Notes: a model not told the origin generated them from the sequence alone. A stretch of DNA of 64,000 bases from an uncultured Chlamydiae bacterium (GCA_963697995.1 OY969110.1:63585-127584), one strand, 5' to 3'. Positions 1 to 9,307 are shown, counted from the stretch's first letter. Program-made: numbers and translations.

Positions 1-2
1 AT

Positions 3-1037
3 TTAAACATTCAAGTGGAACCAAAGGCGCTCCATCTGATTGCCGGGAGAGCTGAAGGGGGATTAAGGGATGCCGAGTCACTTCTTGACCAGATTATTTC
101 ATTCCACGGAGAGAGTATTACAGAAGAGGTGGTTGCGAGCTCGTTAGGACTTGTCTCGAAGGATCTTTTTTTTGAAATTGATGGGGCTGCAAAAGAGGGG
201 GATCTTGGGAAAGCATTTGAAGTTTCAGAGCTTATTTTTTCCCAAGGGAAAGATTTTATTCAATTTACCGAAGCGCTTGCAGAGCATTTTAGGCTACTTC
301 TTGAAATCAAGCTTTCTCAAGGGATACCGGAACATCTTTCGATTTTGAAAGAGGAGTATCCTCTTTATTTAAATTCAGCGGCACACTATTCAAAAGAGAA
401 CCTACTGCACCTCTTAGAGGAGCTTATCGACGCGATGAACGAGATCAGATTTGCTCCAAACAGTCGTATTTATCTGGAGCGACTTCTGTTAAACGTGCTC
501 AGATCGCACCGAAGGGTGCCTATCGAGCACCTGGTCAAACGTTTAAGCGATTTAGAGGAGACGCTTCTGAAATTGCCCTTCGAAAAGGCCTCTTTTGTGG
601 GTGAGGAAACAAGATTTGAGGGTGAGGAAACAAGAGATGTTTTGCCTTTAGCAAATGAGCCACAAACAAAGCTTGCGCCAACCTTGCAACAGGTAAAAGC
701 GACAAGTGGAGCGGAGATAGCCCAGGAAAGGAGGGCAACCTCCTTCGAAAGGGAAGCAAACGACCCTCCAACCTTTCAGGAGGTAAAAGCGAAGAGAGCG
801 GCAGAAACTCAAAAGGCAAACAAAGAAGAGAATAAGGTAAAGGAGCCAATGCCACTTGTAAGGCCCCCTCAGACATCCGCTCCAAGGCCTATTCCGCAAC
901 CTCCGCCAAAACCTGTCGTAAATAATGAGATTTTAACTCCAAGACCTTCTTTAACAAAAGAGCAAGAGAGTCGGTTTGACACCATTCTGCAATTTATGGC
1001 TGTTGAACTAGAAGGCAAAATAGAAAAACACCCTTAA
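3..1037 (+). CDS. dnaX: DNA polymerase III gamma/tau, C-terminal part (5'-truncated by window edge)
   Basis: GGLRDAESLLDQ motif of the clamp-loader domain; frame open to the window start; Pro-rich linker; followed by ebfC as usual. Confidence 0.95.
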   Translation, partial: LNIQVEPKALHLIAGRAEGGLRDAESLLDQIISFHGESITEEVVASSLGLVSKDLFFEIDGAAKEGDLGKAFEVSELIFSQGKDFIQFTEALAEHFRLLLEIKLSQGIPEHLSILKEEYPLYLNSAAHYSKENLLHLLEELIDAMNEIRFAPNSRIYLERLLLNVLRSHRRVPIEHLVKRLSDLEETLLKLPFEKASFVGEETRFEGEETRDVLPLANEPQTKLAPTLQQVKATSGAEIAQERRATSFEREANDPPTFQEVKAKRAAETQKANKEENKVKEPMPLVRPPQTSAPRPIPQPPPKPVVNNEILTPRPSLTKEQESRFDTILQFMAVELEGKIEKHP

Positions 1038-1048
1038 AAGGAGACCAC

Positions 1049-1348
1049 ATGGGATCAGGATTTGCAAAACAAAAAAAACAAGCGAAAGAAATGCAAAAGA
1101 AATTTGCCGATCTACAGGAAAAGATGAAGGGTGCGACATTTGAAGGAACAGCTGGCAATGGTCTTGTAACGGTGACTCTGTCTGGAGAATTTGCGCTAAA
1201 AGCTCTTAAAATCAAACCGGAGTGCGTCGACAAGGACGACTTAGAGGGTTTAGAGGACTTAATCATAGCTGCACATCAAGCAGCATTCAAAAAAGCCGAA
1301 GCTGAATCGATGCAGGGACTGCCTCAAGGATTGCCCTTCCTTGGTTAA
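1049..1348 (+). CDS. ebfC: YbaB/EbfC nucleoid-associated protein
   Basis: GTAGNGLVTVTLSG and DDLEGLEDLI motifs; RBS AGGAG; directly downstream of dnaX. Confidence 0.93.
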   Translation: MGSGFAKQKKQAKEMQKKFADLQEKMKGATFEGTAGNGLVTVTLSGEFALKALKIKPECVDKDDLEGLEDLIIAAHQAAFKKAEAESMQGLPQGLPFLG

Positions 1349-1414
1349 GTTAGTTTCCCTTCACGCAAAACAGATTCGTTAAGTTAAAGCTGCTTTTTCA
1401 AGTTTGTTGCTTTA

Positions 1415-1606
1415 AGGTTAACGTCATAGGGTTTAGGTTAAAGTTGTTTTTAAAGTTTAACTTAAAACAATTAGCAAAAGCTGTTTTTTTAATGTTAACG
1501 TAATAAGGTTTAGGTTAAAGCTGTTTTTTTTATGTTAACGTAATAAGGTTTAGGTTAAAGCTGTTTTTAAAGTTTAACTTAAAACAATTAGCAAAAGCTG
1601 TTTTTA
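1415..1606 (-). repeat. Left tandem tail: five ~38-40 bp units (core-outward order Y X X Y X)
   Basis: Reverse complements of X (AAAAACAGCTTTAACCTAAACCTTATTACGTTAAC) and Y (AAAAACAGCTTTTGCTAATTGTTTTAAGTTAAAC). Confidence 0.9.
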
Positions 1607-2582
1607 AATTTTAAGGTTTTGAAATAGTTTTTTCAAGTTTTTGGCTTAAGCCAAACTTGAAAAGGGGAGGGGGGGAGAGAGGGCTTTAAAAGCCCTCTCT
1701 CCCCCCTTAACCCCCCACCACTCACCCTAAATTCGGAAATGAGATAATGGCTCCAACCTTTGGTTGGAGGGGTTCTAAGGGGGAAAATGCTTTTCCCCCT
1801 TAGGATCCCCCTTTTGCTTCCACTCCTAAGTTGAAAGCAGGGGGGAAAAGCGATTTCCCCCCTACCCCCCCCTTTGCGTCAAAGGGGGGAAAGTTCACTT
1901 TCCCCCCTACCCCCCCCTTGATCCTTTGACTTATTTTTATAACTGTTTGGCGATCAATCTATTCGGAAAAGAGCAAAATGCATTTCTTCAAGTTTTGGCC
2001 TTAAGCCAAAACTTTGGAAATGCAAAGGGGGAGGAGAGGTTTCGCACCTCTCCTCCCCTTCCCACCTCACCGCGTTAGGGGCTTTCGCCCCTAAAACCCC
2101 TTATAATTGGGTTGCAAGGGCGAAGCCTTTGCTGCGGAGAGAGGGGTTAAGGGGAGAGAGGTGCAAAACCTCTCTCCCCTTTGCCTTAAGGTTTGGCGTC
2201 AGCCAAAAACCTTAAGGGATTAAACTTCATCCGATTAGATTGAACGCCAAATAGTTACAACAATGGGTAAAAGGATCAAGGGGGGGGTAGGGGGGAAAGG
2301 AACTTTCACCCCTTTGACGCAAAGGGGGGGGTAGGGGGGAAATCGCTTTTCCCCCCTGCTTTCAACTCAGGAGGGGAAGCAAAAGGGGGATCCTAAGGGG
2401 GAAAAGCATTTTCCCCCTTAGAACCCCTCCAACCAAAGGTTGGAGCTATTATCTCGTTTCCGAATTTAGGGTGAGTGGTGGGGGGTTAAGGGGGGAGAGA
2501 GGGCTTTTAAAGCCCTCTCTCCCCCCTCCCCTTTTCAAGTTTGGCTTAAGCCAAAAACTTGAAAAAACTATTTCAAAACCTT

Positions 2583-3090
2583 AAAAAAACAGCTTTTGCT
2601 AATTGTTTTAAGTTAAACTTTAAAAACAGCTTTAACCTAAACCTTATTACGTTAACCTTAAAAAAACAGCTTTTGCTAATTGTTTTAAGTTAACCTTAAA
2701 AAAACAGCTTTAACCTAAACCTTATTACGTTAACCTTAAAAAAACAGCTTTTGCTAATTGTTTTAAGTTAAACTTTAAAAACAACTTTAACCTAAACCTT
2801 ATTACGTTAAACTTAAAAAAACAGCTTTGACCCAAACCTTATTACGTTAACATTAAAAAAACAGCTTTAACCTAAACCTTATTACGTTAACCTTAAAAAA
2901 ACAGCTTTAACCTAAACCTTATTACGTTAACCTTAAAAAAACAGCTTTTGCTAATTGTTTTAAGTTAAACTTTAAAAACAGCTTTAACCTAAACCTTATT
3001 ACGTTAACCTAAACCTTATGACGTTAACCTAAACCTTATGACGTTAACCTAAACCTTATGACGTTAGCCTAAAACTTATGACTTAAACCT
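2583..3090 (+). repeat. Right tandem tail: eleven ~38-40 bp units (Y X Y X Y X X X X Y X), then about four 20-bp units
   Basis: Units read directly from the sequence; 20-mer ACGTTAACCTAAACCTTATG repeated over 3001-3080. Confidence 0.92.
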
Positions 3091-4820
3091 TAGCGACTAT
3101 CCAACAACTGATCGATCTCCTCAGAAGTGCCAAGCTCCAAAGCCTTCTCTGCTAAAAGATACGACTCCACGATACTTAACTCTCTGATCGTTTGCTTGAT
3201 AATCGGTAAAAAACGAAGTGAAACCGATAGCTCGTTTATCCCTAAACCCAAAAGAAGAGCTGTGTATTTAGGATCGGCCGCAATCTCTCCACAAACAGAT
3301 ACCGGTATCCCAACAGCACCAGCTTCCTCGGCAACCAGGCGAATCAAACGAAGAACGCTCGGGTGGGTTGGCGTGTAGTGTCTGCTCATCGAATGGTCCG
3401 TTCGATCTACTGCCAAGGAATACTGCACCAAATCGTTTGTTCCTATAGAAAGAAAATCACACTCCCTAGCCAAAAGATCGGAAATGATCGCAGCTGATGG
3501 AACCTCCACCATGCAACCCACCGGAATCGGTTCACCAAAAACTTGCCCCTCCCGAATCAGCTCATCTCGTGCCTCGTAAAGAAGAGCTTTGGCCTCCCGC
3601 AGTTCACTCAAAGTCGAAACCATCGGAAACATCACTTTCACTTTTCCAAACTGGGAAGCCCTTAAAATAGCTCGAAGCTGCACTTTAAACAGCCCCTTCT
3701 CCTTCAAACAAAAACGAATCGCTCGGCAACCCAAAAATGAAGCAGTCTCACCCATCCCCTTCTGCCCCACCATCAACTTATCACCACCAAGATCAAACGT
3801 CCTAATCACACAAGGCAATCCCCTCATCCCATCCACAAGCCTTTTATAAAAAGCAAACTGCTCCTCTTCTGTTGGAAATGAATCTTTTGCTAAGAATAAG
3901 TACTCCGACCGAAATAGCCCCACTCCACTGCCGTTGTGCTTATGAAGCGATTCAAGCTCATCCGGCACCTCGATATTGGCAGACAGGCGCACCTCATACC
4001 CATCAAACGTCTCTGCCTTAAAGGAAGCTAGTCCCTCTAATTTTAACTCTGTTTCATACGATTGTTGTACACGCGCCTTATAAACACTTAGCGTCTCTTC
4101 ACTTGGATTAATGATCAACTCACCCAAATGACCATCCACAATCACCAAATCCCCTTCAGAAATCAAATCTAAATTAAGAGGCAAATTCGAAAGATAGGGA
4201 ATCCCTTTAGCCCTTGCAACAATCGCAGCATGCGCCGCCTCACCACCAAACTCGGTCACAAATGCCTTAATTTCAGAAGGATTGGCCTCAGCTGCGTCAG
4301 AGGCACTAATTTCTTTGGCAAAAATCACTGAATCTTTTGGAAAAGATAAAAAATTAACCCTTGTTTGATGATTTAAATAGCTCAATATCCGACGGGAAAC
4401 ATCCTCTAAGTCTTTAAACCTCTCCCTAAAAAAAGGATCCTCCATGGCGTAAAACTTTTTTCTAAAATCATCGATCACTTGATCAAATATGTAAGCGGCA
4501 TTTCTCTGTCTTTTCTTGATCTCGTCTTCAACTACTGGAATGATCTCTGGATCCTCGAGAAGATGCAAATGCGCCTCTAAAACAGTCACGCCATCTAAGG
4601 CCTTCTCCTCTTTAAGGGTCTCTTTGAGCTTCTCAATCTCTTTTTTTGAATGGAGTAGCGCTTCCCTAAAACGGGTCACTTCTCCAAGCACCTCTCCCTG
4701 AGAAAGAATCTCTTCCTTAACCTCATGGGCCGTCAAGAAAAAAAAGGCGGCTCTGCCCATCACCAATCCTGGAGAAATTTTTGTACCCTTTATCCTAATT
4801 TCACGAGTCACTAGTTTCAT
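3090..4820 (-). CDS. ptsI: PTS enzyme I
   Basis: GGEAAHAAIVAR phospho-His motif; GVGLFRSE, RTFDLGGDK, SIGTNDLVQY. Confidence 0.97.
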   Translation of the reverse strand: MKLVTREIRIKGTKISPGLVMGRAAFFFLTAHEVKEEILSQGEVLGEVTRFREALLHSKKEIEKLKETLKEEKALDGVTVLEAHLHLLEDPEIIPVVEDEIKKRQRNAAYIFDQVIDDFRKKFYAMEDPFFRERFKDLEDVSRRILSYLNHQTRVNFLSFPKDSVIFAKEISASDAAEANPSEIKAFVTEFGGEAAHAAIVARAKGIPYLSNLPLNLDLISEGDLVIVDGHLGELIINPSEETLSVYKARVQQSYETELKLEGLASFKAETFDGYEVRLSANIEVPDELESLHKHNGSGVGLFRSEYLFLAKDSFPTEEEQFAFYKRLVDGMRGLPCVIRTFDLGGDKLMVGQKGMGETASFLGCRAIRFCLKEKGLFKVQLRAILRASQFGKVKVMFPMVSTLSELREAKALLYEARDELIREGQVFGEPIPVGCMVEVPSAAIISDLLARECDFLSIGTNDLVQYSLAVDRTDHSMSRHYTPTHPSVLRLIRLVAEEAGAVGIPVSVCGEIAADPKYTALLLGLGINELSVSLRFLPIIKQTIRELSIVESYLLAEKALELGTSEEIDQLLDSR

Positions 4821-5080
4821 TAAAATTGCCGCTCAAATGCCAGTATAAGTTTTTCCATCGTTTCAGTGGCGTCCTCACCCTCAATTGTCACGCTTATTTT
4901 TGCCCCTTTCTCTGCTGTCAAACTCAAAAGACCAATTAAACTTTTAGCATTCACCTCTTGACTGTTTAACGAAAAAAAGACCTGACTTTTAGAGTCCCTT
5001 AAAAGATTCACTATTTCAGCAGCAGGTCGCATGTGCAATCCCGAAGGATTTTTTACAACAAGTTTACGCGTATACTTCAC
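4820..5080 (-). CDS. ptsH: Phosphocarrier protein HPr
   Basis: GLHMRPA (His15) and NAKSLIGLL (Ser46) motifs. Confidence 0.96.
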   Translation of the reverse strand: MKYTRKLVVKNPSGLHMRPAAEIVNLLRDSKSQVFFSLNSQEVNAKSLIGLLSLTAEKGAKISVTIEGEDATETMEKLILAFERQF

Positions 5081-6026
5081 GATTTTTCCCTAAATTCTTT
5101 TGCTTGCTCTTTATCATCTCTAAAAGCTTTGAGTTAAAATCTTTCGCAGAATTGTAACCCATCACGCGAAGACGATGGTTTAAGGCAATCGTTTCCAGTA
5201 AAAGAACCACATCTCTTCCAGGCTTCACAGGCAATATATGATGAGGCAATTTTACCCCTAAAATCTGACAAGACTTCTCATCAATCCCCACCCGATCGTA
5301 ATATTTTTTTTCATCCCACGTCTCAAGCTTTACAACAAGATCAATACTTTTGTGATCCCGTACGCAAACAGCACCATAGAGATGAGCCACATTAATGATC
5401 CCAATCCCCCGAATCTCCATGTGATGCCGAGTCAACTCCGCACCAAACCCCTCCAAATGGCCACTCTCTCTTCTTTTGACCTTGACGACATCATCCGAAA
5501 TAAGGCGGTGGCCTCTTTCAATCAATCCGAGCGCTGCCTCACTTTTCCCAACAGAAGAATCCCCTTGAATCAAGACACCAACCCCAAAAACCTCCACAAG
5601 CGTTCCATGGCAACTCATACTGGGAGAAAACTCTTCGTTTAAAAGCAAAATCAATCGACTTAAAAAAGGGGTCGTCGACATCGTCGTCGATAAAAGAGGA
5701 ATATTAACCGCTTTACACACACTTTTAAGCTCTCTCATCACCTGGTAGCCTTGAGTCACGATCACTGCAGGTATTTTTTTCGAAAGGATTTTCTCAAGTC
5801 GCTCAATTCTAATCTCTTTACTCAAATCTCTTAAGTAAGCCATCTCCACTTGACCGAAGACCAGCATCCTTTTATCGCTATACCCCTTCAAATACCCCGT
5901 TAAACTTAAACCGGGTCTCTCAGCTTCAGGAGAAGGAATCTGCCGATTCAACCCATCTTGCCCTGAAACAAGCTCTAAGCTTAAACGTTTTTGGTGACGG
6001 CGGTAAAGGTCTGCAACAGTAATCAT
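5064..6026 (-). CDS. hprK: HPr kinase/phosphorylase
   Basis: GDSSVGKSE Walker A; LISDD; MEIRGIGII. Confidence 0.96.
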   Translation of the reverse strand: MITVADLYRRHQKRLSLELVSGQDGLNRQIPSPEAERPGLSLTGYLKGYSDKRMLVFGQVEMAYLRDLSKEIRIERLEKILSKKIPAVIVTQGYQVMRELKSVCKAVNIPLLSTTMSTTPFLSRLILLLNEEFSPSMSCHGTLVEVFGVGVLIQGDSSVGKSEAALGLIERGHRLISDDVVKVKRRESGHLEGFGAELTRHHMEIRGIGIINVAHLYGAVCVRDHKSIDLVVKLETWDEKKYYDRVGIDEKSCQILGVKLPHHILPVKPGRDVVLLLETIALNHRLRVMGYNSAKDFNSKLLEMIKSKQKNLGKNREVYA

Positions 6027-6030
6027 ATAC

Positions 6031-6849
6031 TCAATTAATTTGATCTAAATAAAAAGCCAACCACTCAAAAAATGTTTCAAAAGCTAAACTTTCTGCTCCC
6101 TTGGCTCCTTTTTTTAAGTCAGAGATTTCAAGAGTGTTGGCAGAAAAGTAGACGTTTCCTATCTCGTTTAAAGGACGCCATTCCGATAGAAAACACTGAA
6201 AAAAAGGCATTCCAAACGACTCGTAAAAAGGTATAAGTGATTTCGGCTCCACAGGCTTTCCCTTAAATTTTAAAGCGACATCCCTTTCGACAAGCATCTC
6301 CTGAAGCTCTAAGTAAAGCTCCTTCATCTGGTTTGTCGGAGTGATCCCCGTCGTGTCTGTCGCCTTTGAAAACCCGTTGTGTATTTGCAAAAAAGCTAAA
6401 TAATCTGATGGGAAATAAAAACCTGAAAATTCAATTTTAAGCCTCTCAAGCTGCTCTTCCGTTGCAGGAAGAGCTCCTCTAAAAAAACCACCCCCATTTT
6501 TTCGGCTATAAACCATCTCGGCAAGATAAGGATCTTGGGCTCTTTTATTCGAAAGATAAATACCTATATCGTCAAGGGAAGAAAAAAATTGAGAAACGGT
6601 GGCCTTTAAATCTTTGTGATAGGGAAGCTTTGAAAGCCAAAAATCTCTTAAAAACTCAAGCCTGTCTATTCGATTTAAATGGGAAAGTTCAAACCAACCT
6701 CTAGAAAAGTTAGGCACTTTTAAACACACATCTTTAAACGAAAGATCTGACCGATCGTGGAGAGCAATCACGTCTAAAAAATTTCCCGATGGGGTTGGAT
6801 CAGAAAATTGAGAATAATATTCACTTACATGCTCGTCCAAAAATCTCAC
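6031..6849 (-). CDS. Chlamydial conserved protein with SMI1/KNR4-like domain
   Basis: FPSDYLAFLQIHNG and TFFEWL motifs; position between ptsH and comEC as in Chlamydia. Confidence 0.7.
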   Translation of the reverse strand: MRFLDEHVSEYYSQFSDPTPSGNFLDVIALHDRSDLSFKDVCLKVPNFSRGWFELSHLNRIDRLEFLRDFWLSKLPYHKDLKATVSQFFSSLDDIGIYLSNKRAQDPYLAEMVYSRKNGGGFFRGALPATEEQLERLKIEFSGFYFPSDYLAFLQIHNGFSKATDTTGITPTNQMKELYLELQEMLVERDVALKFKGKPVEPKSLIPFYESFGMPFFQCFLSEWRPLNEIGNVYFSANTLEISDLKKGAKGAESLAFETFFEWLAFYLDQIN

Positions 6850-6969
6850 CGCTGTAAAATCGAGTTTTCCACTCTTTTATACCAATTTCCATATTTTTTT
6901 TGTGACAAAAAAGGGTAAATCAGCTATTTTTTTGCTTTTTTTTAACCTTACAAACCGAAAAAAAATAAT

Positions 6970-8448
6970 TTGCTCTTTTTAAACAAGACTCCAGCACTTC
7001 TCATTGCAACTTTTGCTCTACTTGGATTTTTTATCCCCCTATACCCTTTTTTAAGCTTCCCCACCCTTTTTCTTATCACCCTTTACCCCCACTTTCCTAA
7101 AAGAGGGCAACAAGCCTTTTTTTTAGCCGTACCCCTCTCTCTTTTAGCGGGCCTCTTTAGTTTTTTATCCCTTCCAAAAATTGCTACCGATGAGCTAAAA
7201 GGCACTTTCCATTTTGCAATCGATGAGATCAGAGAATCAAAAACAGCCTTTGGAAAAGGGGTTCTCTACAAAGGACACATCGTCGCTATAGAGAGCCCTC
7301 AATTAAAAATAAACTTTTGTAGACTCCCCTGTTCTCTTTACCTCAGTAAAAAAAAAGAGATTTACCCAGATAAAGTGATTATCGAGGGCACTCTTGCGAT
7401 GAAAACACCCTATTTTGCGCGCCTAAAACCTCATCTAAAAACACCCTGGATCCCCAATTCCTCCACCTTTTTTGCAGAAGGACGCTTTCTTTTAAAGAAA
7501 AAACTTGCGCGCTTTATCGAAAGTAAATTCTCTTTTCCCGATACAAAAAAATTAATCACTGGGCTTGTAACGGGAAACTTTGATGATTTTTTAGTGAGCC
7601 AGGAGTTTTCAAGGCTTGGACTTTCCCATTTAATGGCGATCTCTGGTTTCCACTTTAGCCTTGTCGCCAATGTCTTAAGCCTTTTTTGCATTAACTTTTT
7701 TAAAAGAAAAACAGCGACACTTTTGCTTTATTTTTTTTTAAGTTCCTACTTTCTATTCCTTGGAGCTCAAGCTTCTGTCTTAAGAGCCTGGACGATGATT
7801 TTGATCGCTTTAGGAGAACATTTCGTAGAAAAAAAATCAGAACCGTTAAATTCCCTAGGGATCTCATGTCTCCTTATTCTTCTCATCAATCCGACAGAGA
7901 TTTTAAGACCAGCTTTTTGGTTAAGCTACGGGATCACAGCCTCTATTTTACTTTTTTCCTCTCCTTGCCAAGCCCTTTTAGATTTCGTTTTTAAAAAAAG
8001 AAGTCACGAGGAAGTGTTAGCCTTAACCCCTCTCAATCAGTGGGGCTATTTCGCCTTATCTTTTTTAAAAAAAGGGATTGCTTTAAACTTAGCCGTCACA
8101 ATTTTTGCCCTACCTCTCACCCTCTTTTTTTTTCACCGCTTTCCCTGGATAAGCCTTTTTACAAACCTGTTGTTTCCACCCTTAGTAGGTATCAGCCTGC
8201 TTCTTTTTCTTCTTTCAATCCTGCTTTTTCCTCTCTCTAAAACAATCGATTTTATAAACGATTATTTCACCCATGCCCTTTTGAGCCTTATGACGAACAT
8301 TCCCCTAAAAGTAGACTTTGTCTTAAGAGTCTCCTCAATGGAGGTGATTATTTTAGCCTACATCCTTATCCCGCTGCTTCTTATCGGACTTTACCTCAAA
8401 AATAGAGTTGATAAATTTTTCTTGTACCAAAATCAAATCTCCTTTTAA
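6970..8448 (+). CDS. comEC: ComEC/Rec2 competence membrane protein (no C-terminal MBL domain)
   Basis: GLSHLMAISGFH, SVLRA and FWLSY motifs; many TM segments. Confidence 0.9.
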   Translation: MLFLNKTPALLIATFALLGFFIPLYPFLSFPTLFLITLYPHFPKRGQQAFFLAVPLSLLAGLFSFLSLPKIATDELKGTFHFAIDEIRESKTAFGKGVLYKGHIVAIESPQLKINFCRLPCSLYLSKKKEIYPDKVIIEGTLAMKTPYFARLKPHLKTPWIPNSSTFFAEGRFLLKKKLARFIESKFSFPDTKKLITGLVTGNFDDFLVSQEFSRLGLSHLMAISGFHFSLVANVLSLFCINFFKRKTATLLLYFFLSSYFLFLGAQASVLRAWTMILIALGEHFVEKKSEPLNSLGISCLLILLINPTEILRPAFWLSYGITASILLFSSPCQALLDFVFKKRSHEEVLALTPLNQWGYFALSFLKKGIALNLAVTIFALPLTLFFFHRFPWISLFTNLLFPPLVGISLLLFLLSILLFPLSKTIDFINDYFTHALLSLMTNIPLKVDFVLRVSSMEVIILAYILIPLLLIGLYLKNRVDKFFLYQNQISF

Positions 8449-8490
8449 GATGCAAAAGAAAACAGCTTAACCTTACAAAGGATTTTTAGT

Positions 8491-8931
8491 ATGAAACAAC
8501 AAAACATTGTAAAATCAGAAACTGGACGTCCAAACCTCCGTCCCCACTCTTTTTTTTCACCCTTTTTTGAAAATGACTTTATTCCTTCACTTTTTAGCGC
8601 CCAAGAACACACAGGTCTTTCCGTTTCAGAAGACGACAATAATATCTACGTAGAGGCGGCCCTACCGGGACTTAAACAAGATGATGTTCAAATCACCTTT
8701 GAAAATGGGACCCTTTGGATAAAAGGAGAAAGACAAGAGGAGCAAAAAGATAAAAAACGCTCATTTTACAAAAAATGTCAAAGTTCTTTTTCATATCATT
8801 TGAATGTTCCTGGCCACATCGACGAAAAAAAAGATCCTTCTGCTTCTTTTAAAGATGGTGTTGTACAAATCACATTTGCCAAAGCCAAAGAGAAGAAAGC
8901 TAAAGAAATTAAAATCACAAAGAAGGCTTAA
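8491..8931 (+). CDS. Hsp20/alpha-crystallin small heat-shock protein
   Basis: VEAALPGL...FENGTLWIKGE...ASFKDGVVQITF. Confidence 0.92.
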   Translation: MKQQNIVKSETGRPNLRPHSFFSPFFENDFIPSLFSAQEHTGLSVSEDDNNIYVEAALPGLKQDDVQITFENGTLWIKGERQEEQKDKKRSFYKKCQSSFSYHLNVPGHIDEKKDPSASFKDGVVQITFAKAKEKKAKEIKITKKA

Positions 8932-8933
8932 CA

Positions 8934-9136
8934 TAGTCGGCCCTTAAAAAGTAAGGGTTCCTTGAGAAAAATTTGCAAATGGAACATGCACTCTCCAAAG
9001 AAAAAGTGATACTTTTGCAACAAAAAAAGCGGTGAAGGACGCTTCCCCCCCCTTGAGGGGTTTGGTGAGGAGTAAAGCGCATTTTTTGTCAAAAGGGGCA
9101 CTTTTTATTGGAGAGGACTTTTTTAAGGGCCGACTA
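8934..9136. mobile_element. MITE-like element, family A, copy 1 (203 bp)
   Basis: ~19 bp TIR TAGTCGGCCCTTAAAAAGT; TAACATA direct repeat at both ends; homologous to 42536-42815. Confidence 0.85.
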
Positions 9137-9140
9137 ACAT

Positions 9141-9175
9141 AATGCTCCCTCTGCTTGGGTAGAGGGAGCATTTTT
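9141..9175 (+). terminator. Rho-independent terminator of hsp20
   Basis: AATGCTCCCTCT...AGAGGGAGCATT stem followed by a T-tract. Confidence 0.75.
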
Positions 9176-9223
9176 CAAGTTGACTAAAAAAGGTAAATCG
9201 CTTAATAATGATTCTCATCTTGC

Positions 9224-9298
9224 GGCGATTGTAGCTCAGCTGGTTAGAGCGCCGGATTGTGGTTCCGGAAGTCGCGGGTTCGAACCCCGTCGATCGCC
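9224..9298 (+). tRNA. tRNA-His(GUG), with G-1; CCA not encoded
   Basis: Cloverleaf: D arm TAGCTCAGCTGGTTAGAGC; CCGGA-TTGTGGT-TCCGG anticodon arm; GGTTCGAACCC T arm; upstream TTGACT...TAATAAT promoter-like. Confidence 0.95.
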
Positions 9299-9307
9299 CT
9301 TTTTACA

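Larger units (their letters stand above)
1412..3090. repeat. Giant imperfect inverted repeat (axis ~2104) made of nested hairpins, with tandem-repeat tails
   Basis: 1612-1970 is the reverse complement of ~2225-2583 with scattered substitutions; each arm holds ~7 local hairpins; no ORF; lies between convergent ebfC and ptsI. Confidence 0.95.

Noticed and set aside
1415-1560. Eukaryotic telomere repeats (GGTTTAGG resembles TTTAGGG)
   Set aside because: The motif occurs only once per 20-40 bp unit, not as a contiguous telomeric tract, and is internal to a bacterial chromosome
2583-3010. CRISPR-like repeat/spacer reading of the X/Y tail
   Set aside because: Only two alternating 15-17 bp inserts, which are too short and not unique
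1349-3089. Replication origin
   Set aside because: I found no TTATCCACA-type DnaA box cluster, and no dnaA/dnaN/gidA/hemB-type context in the window
1412-3090. Pure fold-back assembly or MDA chimera
   Set aside because: The arms differ by multiple substitutions, the inner part is clearly diverged, the tails differ in unit order, and the flanking genes keep the expected ebfC/ptsI synteny; read-level confirmation is still advisable
8944-9171. 75-aa ORF (and ORF 42379-42600 starting inside MITE A)
   Set aside because: These read through non-coding MITE or terminator sequence and show no transposase motifs
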